Positions 12,953 through 23,662 of a stretch of 64,000 bases of DNA are shown piece by piece. The notes under the pieces were generated by a model. The model made no database searches, was not told the DNA's origin, and saw nothing but the letters and a program-made list of their open reading frames with translations. The position numbers and the translations under genes are program-made. Origin of the DNA: Chiloscyllium plagiosum (taxonomy: Eukaryota). The DNA lies in the NCBI RefSeq assembly GCF_004010195.1, contig NC_057756.1:1639703-1703702 (forward strand), given 5' to 3'. The first letter of the stretch is position 1. Each line of letters opens with the position of its first letter.

Positions 12953-13360
12953 TGCTCTCTCTCTCGCTGTCTCTCTCTTTCTCTCCTCCCATCTCTGATC
13001 TATTTTTCTCCCCCATCTCTCATCTTTCTTGCTCTCTCTCTCTCTCCCCCCCCATCCTTCATCTCTCTCTCTTTACCTCCATCTCTGATCTTTCTCTCTC
13101 TTTTTCTCTGCCTCTCCCCCTTTCCATCTCTGATTTCTCTCTCTCTCTCATTGCATGTCTCTCTCTTCCCTCCTCCATCTCTAATCTTTCTCTCTCTCTT
13201 GTTGTCTCTCTCTCACACACACACTGTTCTCTCTCTCTCCTCCAAATCTCTGATCTTTTCTCACTGTCTCTCTTTCTCTCACTTACCTCCATCTCTGATC
13301 TTTCTCTCTCTCTCACACTGTCTCTCTCTCTCCTCCTCCTCCACCTTTGATCTCTCTCTC
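12953..13360. repeat. CT-rich minisatellite (core ctccatctctgatct)
   Basis: About 8 recurrences of the core within (CT)n. Confidence 0.85.
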
Positions 13361-15062
13361 AAGTTTGTACGTTGTAATCCTTATCTCGCCTTATTAAAAG
13401 ACTGTTGCGTTGATAGTTGACAATATTGTTTTACAAACTCGAGCACTGTTTCCCAGCAGTCTGTGTGCCAGCACCACTGCAGACCATTGATGCACAGTGC
13501 GATCCCACACCTTGTGCCTCCCTGCTCCAGAACGTGCTGAAATCCCACTTTATGTTCAGCTAAGAAGCCGTCAGTGTCGTTTGGAATCCTTTTTTAAAAC
13601 AAAAATCACCCCCTCTGACCCAGGATTTAAGTTTGCGTGTGGCACTTTGTAGAAGGAAGTGATTGGAGCCGGGCAGTGACGAGATATTGGAGATCCCCAT
13701 TCTCTTTCCCACCCCCACCTCCCCCGATCCTTTGCCAGCTCCCTCCTGCACACTCTCTCTCTCTTTGCCTATGTTTTGTCTTTTTACTCCTTCGTTTAAA
13801 AAAAAATCACGTGGCGCTGCAAAATATTTCTAGCCGCCACCCACTTAAAATTAGAACAAGTCAGACTGTTGTGTGTGGGATCCTCAGGGAATTGAACTGA
13901 AATGGGCAAACTATGTCTTATTGATTGGACTATCAAATATTATCATCCTGGCCTACACACATCACGCATTACTCTGATTTGGGAATGAGTCTTTGGAGAC
14001 CGTTTCGCATTGAGGTTTTTAATTTCCTCTTTGGGGGGTCCTCTCGGTCAGATACTCACCGGAAGGAGGGTTGACATGTTTGTGTCAAATCCCTGGTTCC
14101 CTTTAACCCCGAGATTCAAATTTGTTCTTAAAAAGACAGGGCCGCAATCCGACAGAGCCCAGTTAACCAGAGGGCCCTAAAGTAAACCAGGGACTCTGGA
14201 GTGAATCGAACCCCAGGGTAATAAACAGACACACAACTTAGGTGGGCCCCATGGGGCCCTGTCCAATAGGCCTCAGGCCGTTTTAGTTTCAAAATAAAAG
14301 ATTCCTGTGCGAGGTGGCCGGATGGAGGGAGAGGGAGAAAGTTACTGGAAGAGGAAAGGATGGACACCTTTAAAGAAACCGCACAGCAGGAGGCCAGGGT
14401 TTCCAGTCCCTCCCTCACACAAACTGTCCCTCAGCAATGCCCAGCCTCTGATTAAATTGGGGAAAACTTTGGGAAATTTCAATCCCGGACCCATCAGGCA
14501 GTCTCTAAATGGTGAGTTCATTGAGATATTCATTGCTACAGTCATGTTGCTACAGGCCATCAAAGCACAGCAAAATCCCTTAGGCAGAAATGTGTCAGGA
14601 ACAAGATCAGCTCAAATTCTTGTGACGGGATGTTGATTAAATGTTAAATATTTGCTATATCCCCAGGCACTAACATGACACATATTTAACAATCGCAAAT
14701 ACCTCTCTCTCCCACCCTCCGTCTCTCTCTCTCTCTCCCCCTCACCCAATGTCACTTTAATATTCACACATTTTGCTCTGACGTGATAAAAGGTCTTTAG
14801 AGAGAGAGTTTTACATTTAAGCCTTTAAGTTCCTCCTTGGGGACTCCTGTCGATCAGAAGAGGGGGCTTGACAACCGCAGGAGGTGAAAGACTTGCGCCC
14901 ACACCTCCCCTCTCACCTCCCTCCAAGGCCCCAAAGGAAACTTCCATATCCGCCAAAGCAAATTATTTGGCGACTGCTATTGGCAAGACTTGGAATTGGA
15001 TATGGAAATGTGTTGCTCGAAAAGCGCAGCAGGTCAGGCAGCATCGAGGGAACGGGAGAATC

Positions 15063-15090
15063 GACGTTTCGGGCATTAGCCCTTCTTCAG
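15063..15090 (-). ncRNA. Minimal type I hammerhead ribozyme motif (Penelope-associated)
   Basis: Reverse complement reads CTGAAGA-A-GGGC-TAAT-GCCC-GAAA-CGTC. Confidence 0.7.
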
Positions 15091-15252
15091 GAATGAGGAA
15101 AGTGGGGCCCTTCTTCAGGAATGAGGAAAGTGGGGCCCTTCTTCAGGAATGAGGAAAGTGGGGCCCTTCTTCAGGAATGAGGAAAGTGGGGCCCTTCTTC
15201 ATCCCTCCTCCCTATCTTTTATCTTAGCCTGCTGGACCAACTTTCCTCATTC

Positions 15253-15280
15253 CTGAAGAAGGGCTAATGCCCGAAACGTC
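15253..15280 (+). ncRNA. Minimal type I hammerhead ribozyme motif (Penelope-associated)
   Basis: CTGAAGA core, stem II GGGC/GCCC, GAAA, palindromic ACGT stem III, GTC cleavage triplet. Confidence 0.7.
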
Positions 15281-16578
15281 GATTCTCCTGTTCCCTAGAT
15301 GCTGCCTGACCTGCTGCGCTTTTCCAGCAACACATTTCCATCTCTGATCTCCAGCATCTGCAGACCTCACTTTCTCCTCAAATCCCAAAGCCCAGGTTAC
15401 TTTAACCCCAGGCTTCAAATCTGTTTTAAAAACACCCAGGGCCGCAATCCGACAGGGCCCAGTTATCCAGTGGCCCTGAGGAAAACCAGAGCCCACCCAG
15501 AGAGGAGATTAAACCTCGGGGTTATAAACAGATAAAACTCACATGGGCCCCACAGGGTGTAGCCTGTCCAACAGGCCTCAGGACCATGTCCCCCTCTTGG
15601 AGAAAGCCAAACATTGCCCTCCTTAGATCTTCTTTGAAAAAAAATCCCCCGGGAGGAAAAAAGAGGTAACATTAGTTGAAAGGCAAAGTGGGAAAATCTC
15701 TGTGAAGAGATAGCACAGCAAGATCCCAGGTTTTCCTCACTGTCACTCTTGGCAACATCCAAACACAAACATGTCAGGTGATGAGTTGAGTTTTCAAGCC
15801 AGACCCTTTGGAAACCTTTGAAATGACGGGTTAGCTGACTAAACCAGTCACTGCCCGTGTGTTACTGGGGCAGTTGGTACACAGTGCGGCAATGGATCAA
15901 CAGCCAGAATAATTTGATTGATTCTTCCCTCTATGATGCTGGTTAAGTTCTAATGATTTCCTGTTACCCCAGAATCTTACAATACAGATAATTCAGAATC
16001 TTAAAATGCCTCTCTCTCTCGCTCTCCTGTATCTCCTGCTCTCTCAATTCCCCAAACCTCTCTGTCACTGTCAGATTTTACCATCCTGCTCTACTCCACA
16101 ATCCGCATTCAACCTCGGGATCATAAAGAGACACAGATCCCCATTGGGCTGCTGCCTCTAGAATAGGCCTCAGGCCAAAGTTCACCCCTCCACATCCCCC
16201 TCCCCGCCACCGCCCCCTCAACCTCCACACCCCACCTCTGGAGGTCATTCTTGTTCAAAGCTTTCCAAACCCCTGAACGATCTGGACCTTCACATTCGCA
16301 GTTTTCCAAACAAAATTTCCTCATGATAAAAAGAGAAAAGATTAGTCGAATGGGAGAGTGAGAGCATTTTGGAGCAGAATTATACAGCAAGAGCCCAGGT
16401 TTATCTGCACGCTCTTCCACCTCCACTGCATTACATAAGATCATAGCAACATCAAAATACAGAACAAATCATAAGACAGCAATTAACCAGAAACCTGAAG
16501 TAATAACATTTTACAGACACAGACTTACAGAGACATACACTCACACTCTCTCTCTCTCTCTCTCTAACACACACATAC

Positions 16579-17130
16579 TGTGGAAGCCAATTTCTTGGTC
16601 ATGGCTTCCCCCCCCAGAACCATTTTGATGAAGTGCACCTCACCCAGCAGAACAAAAGTATTTGACATGTAACTGTGAGAGGCTGTCTCACATGACTTAG
16701 TTCCTCTTTCACAATGATGTGATGTATTGCTGGTGTGTGTAGATTAATTGCTCAAAGATGCCTTGCTTGTCAATCAGCTTCTCTCTCTCTACGATATATT
16801 GCTTAATGTGTATTGTTCCTCGAATTAAGGACATCTGTCCTACATTTGTTATGAAGCTCTGTAATGTTGCGTGATAACTTTCAATCCTGTCTACTTGTGG
16901 AATGTGTAGCATCAGTTAGGGCTGACCCGTGATTCGGTTCCTCCTCGGACCATCCTGACTCTTTGTGATGAACAGATAAACCAGGGTTTTGTTTTCTATA
17001 TAATCCTGTAACATTTAGCTCTACTTCGGAGTCGTACTGAGCCACAGTGTGGGACGGTGGTCTCCCCATGATATATTGTGTAATAAACTGGTTAATGCTC
17101 AAGGTCTGCCTCTCAATATTTTCTTCAACA
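16579..17130 (+). mobile_element. Solo LTR with perfect 5-bp TSD
   Basis: tgtggaag...cttcaaca termini; TSD catac at 16574-16578 and 17131-17135; TATA-like tatataa near 16997; AATAAA near 17082. Confidence 0.85.
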
Positions 17131-18251
17131 CATACACACTTTCCCTCACACACACTCTTACATTCTCTCTGACACGTACACTCTCTCTCACACGCAAACT
17201 CTCTCTCACACACACAGACCTGCTCACTCAATCACTCAGGGAGAATGCAGTTTGAAAATATTCGGCATTGGTCCCACACCCACCTCTAAGATTCCCCGAC
17301 CCTAAACGTCCCCCGACACACACAAAACAGGCCAGACCATGAGGATATTTGCTGAGATGCTCTCTTGGGATTTTCCTGCTGTCAATGTTATCTCCAGATA
17401 TAACTCTGTTCTCCATCTCTCTCTCTCTCTCTCTTGCTTGCTCTCTCTCTCTCTCATTCTCTCTCCCTCTTGCTCTTTCTCTCTCTCTTGCTCTCTCTCT
17501 CTTTCTGTAAAGATTAAAGATTCAGAAGGTATCAGTCAGTCAGCCATTTTAGCAACCATTGGAGAGACTTTGGCCATTTCATGTTTCTGTGTGTCTCTCT
17601 GTGTGTTCATCAACATTTCATCAGTAAAAGGTGGGAATTATCTGAATGACACGAACAGTGTTAAAGATGGTTAAACTCAGGCAGTGTCAGTTACTGCACA
17701 CGGAGTCTTCCTTTGTGTGAATATTTCTGTGTCCATGTCTGTGTCTGTGTCTATGTCTATGTCTCAGTGTGTGTCTCTGCACCTACCTGAGTGCTTCTGT
17801 CTCTGTATGTATGTGTTTCGATGTCTTTCTGCAGATATATATTGTTATGGAATAGGCCAGATGACTCAAAACACTCTTAATCAGGCAACCCAGGTCATAA
17901 CTTTGCAACTTGTTTTGGTAAGTGTACAGTGAAAATTACCCGGAGTAAATTAGCTAGGTTGGCTACCAAGTTTTAAAACAGACAGAAATGTATTCATAAA
18001 ATTACACAATGAAACACAAAGACCAAGAATAAAAAACCCTTATAGAACTCAGTCTATCCAAACAAGGTTTAATTATGCTGTTCAGAATATACACAATACT
18101 CCCAAAAAGCAAACCCCCTGAAACACAATAAAAATGTAACAAATGCTTACATGTTGAAGTTAGAAGGGCAAAAGGAGAAAGAGTCTAGCAGCCTGTTTCC
18201 ATACAGCTTAACTCCTTAACTCCTTAACTAGTTCTGGACTGAACTGCTCAG

Positions 18252-18850
18252 TGTGAGAAACAAACCCCACTTAATCAATAATTTTCAGTCCGAGTCAGAG
18301 TTCCGAAGCAGCGCATTTATTTGAACATCTTTAAAGATGGTTGGCTCTACGAGGAGAGACACACCCGACAGTAAAATACAGAGCTTTTTATACTTTTTCC
18401 TGACACCCCTACACTGAGCAATAAACCTAAAATAACTGTCTATTTCATTCTATCCCCTTATTTGATTATTACTTGCGCCCGTTATTCCTTCATTTGGTAA
18501 TTCCCTGCATTCAAGCCTAAGCCGATCATACTTATTAATTACTTCACTTGTTTTTCTTTATGTCTGCCTTATTTGGCTGTCTTTGTTCGTTACAGCCTTC
18601 CTGTTATTTTGTCCAGTTCCTCTTTCTTTTCTAACCTTCTGACTTCTGAGATCGTCCTTTACTATCCTGATAGTCCAAAAAGCGGACCTACAAACTATGA
18701 GCTTATTGCGAAATGTCCTTCCTGCTTCTTTTTTTGTGTGGTCAGCTACAACACTCAAAGTAATTTCTTAGCTTAAAACTATTTCCTAAAAGACCCTCTA
18801 TATTCGTTTAAATCAACATACACCTGATAACCTGAAATTTTTCTCTCTCA
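18252..18850 (-). mobile_element. Solo LTR nested in the Gypsy 3' LTR
   Basis: Absent from the partner LTR; tgtgagaaa...ctctctca termini; terminal homology to 10650-10693. Confidence 0.7.
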
Positions 18851-19379
18851 CTCAACCAGAGAGCTGGCCACATTAAAGAGGTCTCTTCTAAAACATGACC
18901 ACTTTGGCCTGAAGTCTCATTTGTTTATATAAAAACAAAAGGCCTCTCAAAAATCCTTTTTCTCAAACCAGACCAAACTAGTCTGATTGGAGCCGGGAGC
19001 TGTTTATGACCCCTCTGAAAGAAAAATCAAGGACACAGCATCCTTGTGGAAAGGAACAGCTTTTCAGAAAAAAAAAGGACCAGCTTTGTGACACCTGTCT
19101 CCCCCCCCCTCCCCCCGCTTAAAAAAAATGAACCATCAATATCAAAAGATGGCTTCATTTTTAAAATCCTTCAAAAACAAGTGAGTAGTCTAAACACACA
19201 TAGACACTATACAAACGATATACATGCAAACATGCACAACCACATGCAAACATGCAAACCACATGCAAATTCAGGCCATGGCACACCCTCCACCAAATGC
19301 CTCCGTATCTCATTTGAGTTTCGATAACGCATTGGCAATCACGTTTTCGTGACCTGACCCATGTACAATTGTCCAACTG

Positions 19380-20388
19380 ATTGGCTATAACAACAAGCCC
19401 CATCTAAACAGCCTGGCATTTTTGTCCTTAAATCTTTCCACAAATGTCAATGGGTTATGATCAGTGTATACTGAATTGCTTCAGATGCACTGCTGGTAAT
19501 AAAAACACTGAAATGTTGTAATGCCAACACCAAGCTCAAAGTCTCTTTCTTCACCATTGAATATTTCTGTTGATGAATATTCAACTTCCTGGAAAAATAA
19601 CCGATGGGTCTTTCTATTCCCTCGTCACCCTCCTGCAGGAGCACTGCACTGACATCCACATCACTGGCATCAATAGCTACCATGAAAGGCTTCACGTAAT
19701 CCGGTGTGGCTAATACTGGGGCAGTGGTTAACACAGTGTTTGGGCTGTCAAACGGCTTTTGACAGTCCACTGTCCACTGAAACTTCTTGCCCTTTTTGAA
19801 CAATTCGGCGAGTGGAGCAGCCACACTGCTAAAGTTCGGCACAAACTTCCGATAAAATCCACTTAGTCCCAGGAACCGTGGTACTGCTCTTTTCATTGAC
19901 AGTGTGGGAAATTCCCTAATTACTTCCATTTTCCCATCCCAAGGGGCCATTTGTCCATGTCCATTAACAAGGCCCAGGAAGGTATCTTGGGCTTGGCAAA
20001 TTCACATTTAGCCAGGTTTCCCACCAAGCTTGCTTTCTGAAGTAGATCGAACAAGTCCGATAAATGCTGTAAATGTTCCTTCCATGAGTGACTAAAAATC
20101 ACCAGGGCTTCAATTTGCACCACACAGTTGGGTAATTCATTAGTCAACCTCTGAAATGTGGCTGGAGCGTTTTTCATATCAAATGGAATGACTTTGAACT
20201 GATATGGTCCATTTGGTGTTACAAAAGCCAAAGCTGCCTTTGCTCTCTCTGACAAAGGTACTGGCCTGTAGCCTCTGAGCAAGTCCGATTTAAAAATGTA
20301 AGTTGCTTGTCCTACTTTATTGACACAGCCCACCAACTGTGGAATTGGATATGCATCAGTCTTTGTAACGGTGTTGACTTTTCGGTGA
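19380..20388 (-). pseudogene. Gypsy pol remnant: RT and RNase H
   Basis: KTDAYPIP, AFVTPNGPYQFKVIPFDMKNAPATFQR, RFLGLSGFYRKFVPNFS, IDASD, PIGYFSRKL, with frameshifts. Confidence 0.9.
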
Positions 20389-21759
20389 CACTACTCTTGA
20401 CACACTCCAATTTGCTTATCGGACCAACAGATCCACGTCAGATGCCATATCACTTGTCCTTGACTCCTCCATATAACATCTTGACACCAAGAACAGCTAA
20501 GTAAGAATCCTTCTCATTGATTACAGTTAAGCCTTCAACACTATTACCCCCTCGAGACTGATTACTAAACTTAGTGATCTCGGACTAAGCCCCACTCTCT
20601 GCAACTGGATCCTCAGTTTCCTGACCCACACAGGCCATAATCGGTGAAGATTGGGGACAATATTTCATCCTCACTAACACTCAACACTGGAGCCCCCCAG
20701 GGGTGCATACTCACCCCCCCTACGGTACTCACATTGTACCCAGATCAGGCAGCATCCGAGGAGCAGGAAAATCATGCCAGATTTTCCTGCTCCTCAGATG
20801 ATGCCTGACCTGCTGTGCTTTTCCAGCACCACACTAATCTAGACTTTGGTTTCCAGCATCTGCAGTCCTTGTTTTTACCTCACATTATACCCATGACTGC
20901 GTCGACAAATACCAGACTAATGGCATTTACAAGTTCGCTGATAACACCACCATAGTCGGTCAAATCTCAGATGGCGACGATAGACTGCAGGCAGGTGAAA
21001 GATCTGGAAAAATGGTGCACCGAGAACAACCTAGCTCTCAATGCCGGCAAAACCAAGGTACTCATTATTGACTTTTGGCGGGATGTTAGTAATTCCCCCT
21101 TACACATTAACAGCACAGAGATGGAACAAGTGGAGAGTGTCAAACTCCTGGGAGTGGTCATCCACAACAAGCTTTCTTGGACTCTCCATGTGGACGCACT
21201 GGTTACAAAAGCCCAACAACATCTCTTCTTCCTCAGGCAGCTGAATAAATTTGGCATGACGGTGAATACCCTCGCCAACTTTTATAGGTGCGCCATTGAG
21301 AGCATTCTATCTGGATATGGCAACTACCTGGTATGGCAACTGTACCATTTAAGGTCGGAGACGGTTACAAAGAGCGGTGAACTCAGCCCAGGCAATCACA
21401 AAGGCCAACCTCCCATCTATAGAATCCATCTACCAGGCCCGCTGTCAAGGAAAGGCCGCCAGCATTCTCAAAGATCCATCCCACCCTGGCAATGTTTTTC
21501 TACAAACCTCTACCATCGGGGAGAAGGTACAGAAGCCTGAACACACGCACCAGCTGGTTTCATAACAGCTTCTGTTGTTAGAATACTGAATGGACTCACA
21601 AACTCTTAACATTCGCCTGTTCCTGTGTTTTTGTTTTTGCCGCTGTTTCCCCATTATTTACTATCTGTGCTATTTAACTCTGTGATCTGCCTGTATCGCT
21701 CGCAAGACAAAGCTTTTCACTGTGCCTCGGTCCACGTGACAATCAATTCAATTCAATTC
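20389..21759 (+). mobile_element. Rex1/Babar-type LINE, 5'-truncated
   Basis: LQFAYRTNRSTSDAI, IDYS.AFNTI, YKFADNTTIVG, LNAGKTKVLIIDF, KAQQHLFFLRQL, NFYRCAIESIL; (caatt)n tail at 21740-21759. Confidence 0.85.
20743..20878. mobile_element. Short Penelope pseudo-LTR insertion with 5' inversion
   Basis: Fold-back caggcagcatcc..aggaaaatc / gattttcct..tgcctg; 15-bp TSD ctcacatt(g/a)taccca at 20728 and 20879. Confidence 0.75.
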
Positions 21760-23030
21760 TAAAGCTGTGTAACTTCCCTTGTGCTTTTTGTTACTAGTCC
21801 AACAAAACTCCCAGGCTTGTTCAGTTTTCCTGCATCTAGCTTTCTCCTAGTCCACCAACACTGTGATTTTGTGTGGCCCACTTTATTACAATGAAAACAC
21901 TGGAGCTTTTTAACTTCTTTGTCCCCCTCAAGGGTTTCTTTTTTACCCTGTGGTAAGTTATCCTTATGATCTTCACTGAGATCTACCTTTCCCTTTCCAC
22001 GTGAGGATTTCTCTTTTCCCCAATTTCTATCCCTCATGGACTGGCATTGATTCTGGAAGCCAAACCATGTTTTATGGACCAGCTCACAATCATCAGCCAC
22101 TTCAGCTGCTAACCTCGCTGTTTTAACTCTCTGCTCTCCCACATGAGTTTGCGCTACTTCAGGCAGTGAAGTTTTGAATTCATTCAAAATAATGACCTCT
22201 CTAATTGCATCATAGGTTAGCACGAGTTTTAAAGCTCTTATTTATTTATTAAAATGACTCAATATAGGTTTGACTAGGGTCCCTCCTTAGATTTCTGAAA
22301 CATTGTCTGTCGGCTTCTGATATAGCCCACATGCACTTAAGATGGCTTTTTTTCACCTACTTATATTCCCCAGATACCTTTTCTGATCTTGATGCAAATA
22401 CCTCACTAGCCCTATCTACAAGTTTTGTTTGGATCAACAAAACCCACATGGTCACTGGCCACTGCATTTGTTTAGCCACATTTTCAAGTGAGATGAAAAA
22501 GGCTTCCACATCCTTCTCATCAAACTTAGGCAATGCTTGAATGTACTTAATCAGTTTCTCACTCGGCTTCTGACTACTAGGGGCTAGCTCATCCTCACTG
22601 AGGTAAAAACAATGACTGCAGATGCTGGATTCCCCACTGAGCCGACCCTCAGCCTTTTAAACTGACTTTCCTTTTCAAGTGTCAGTTTTTGAAGTTCAAA
22701 GGCTCTCCTTTTATTTCTCTTTTGCTTTTAATCGTAACTCAAACTGTTTCATTTCTGCTGCCCTTTAGTATCTCTCATCTCTGACTCAAGCTGCGTCATT
22801 TGTAATTTAATTTTTGCCGTCTCTACAGATTCTGATAGTTTCTCCGGCAAGTTTAAATACTGAGCTACTGCGGTAATTATCGCTCTTTCCTTCACAGGAG
22901 CAGGCAGCTCCGATCCCAGCTGGTCTGCTAATTCCTGCAGCTTGGTCTTATTCACCTTTTGCAAAAATTCCAAATTCACTGCATCCACATCCAGAAAACC
23001 TTTGGTGACTAAAAGAGCTATAACTATCCC
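21760..23030 (-). pseudogene. Gypsy gag remnant (SCAN-related capsid region and CCHC knuckle)
   Basis: EVIILNEFKTSLPEV...HVGEQRVKTARLAAEVAD; CFHCNKVGHTKSQC; PKFDEKDVEAFF. Confidence 0.85.
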
Positions 23031-23526
23031 GAGCTTTGTCTAACCAATCAAGCCAACACCCGAAATGAAAACACTAGCACCTACCACTCGCTGTTTAAAA
23101 TCCCACAAAAAGTCCACAATCTGTTATGGACCATGCCAGATCACTTAAAACATTCCTAAACAGGCAGCCCAGACCATAACTTTGCATCTTGTTTCGGTAA
23201 GTGTCCAGTGAAAATTACCCAGAGTAAGTTAGCGAGGTTGGCTACCAAGTTTTAAAACAGACAGAAATGTATTCACAAAATTACACAATGAAACACAAAG
23301 ACCAAGAATATAGAATCCCTTCAGAACTCAGTCTATCCAAACAAGATTTAATTATGCTGTTCAGAATATATACAACAGACCCAGTAAGCAAACCCCTTGA
23401 AACACAATAAAAATGTAACAAATGCTTACATGTTAAAGTTAGAAGGGCAAAAGGAGAGAGAGTCTAGCAGCCTGTTTCCATACAGCTTAACTCCTTAAAT
23501 AGTTCTGGACTGAACTCCTCGGCTAG

Positions 23527-23662
23527 AGGAATTCCTGCTGAAGAGCTTTTGCCAGAAACGTTGATTTTCCTGCTCCTCAGGATGCTGCCTAACCTACTGT
23601 GCTTTTCCAGCACCACACTCTCGACTCTAATCTCCAGCATCTGCAGTCCTCACTTTCACCCT
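23527..23662 (+). mobile_element. Penelope pseudo-LTR fragment nested in the Gypsy 5' LTR, with a degenerate hammerhead
   Basis: gaaacgttgattttcctgctcctc...ccagcatctgcagtcctcac; absent from the partner LTR. Confidence 0.7.

Larger units (their letters stand above)
14872..15378. mobile_element. Rearranged Penelope-like element fragment: coding remnant, inverted pseudo-LTR pair and 28-bp tandem array
   Basis: 14874-14955 reads KTCAHTSPLTSLQGPKG, as in the Penelope at 45.5-46.6 kb; ~100-bp inverted repeat 15006-15103 versus 15240-15337. Confidence 0.8.
11974..16560. repeat. Array of diverged locally duplicated non-coding units: copy 0 (~12.0-12.95 kb, partial), A (~14.0-14.76 kb), B (~14.82-16.07 kb, interrupted), C (~16.08-16.5 kb, partial)
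   Basis: Shared blocks: cagggccgcaatccgacag (14137, 15437); ggcctcagg (14269, 15574, 16166); acagca(a/g)ga..cca (near 12098, 14383, 15715, 16384); tgatgctggttaa (12904, 15934). Confidence 0.8.

Noticed and set aside
14138..14165. Resemblance of minus-strand tgggctctgtc..gcgg to telomerase RNA CR4/5
   Set aside because: The P6.1 partner strand (AGAG) is absent and there is no CTAACCCT template on that strand.
15079..15201. 28-bp repeats as a CRISPR array
   Set aside because: No spacers, eukaryotic context, and the sequence derives from a Penelope terminus.
15545..15585. Resemblance of ctgaggcctgt..aggctacac to the 5' end of RNase MRP RNA
   Set aside because: No GGAAAGUC-type P4 motif follows, and the similarity is not kept in the other copies.
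14128..16444. Minus-strand ORFs sharing PEA(Y/C) as a protein family
   Set aside because: Frames and stops are not conserved between copies; the similarity follows from the shared DNA motif.
13493..17050. CACAGTG heptamers (~13493, 15880, 17043) as V(D)J signals, and the units as Ig/TCR segments
   Set aside because: No nonamer at 12 or 23 spacing, and no Ig-domain Cys/Trp pattern in any frame.
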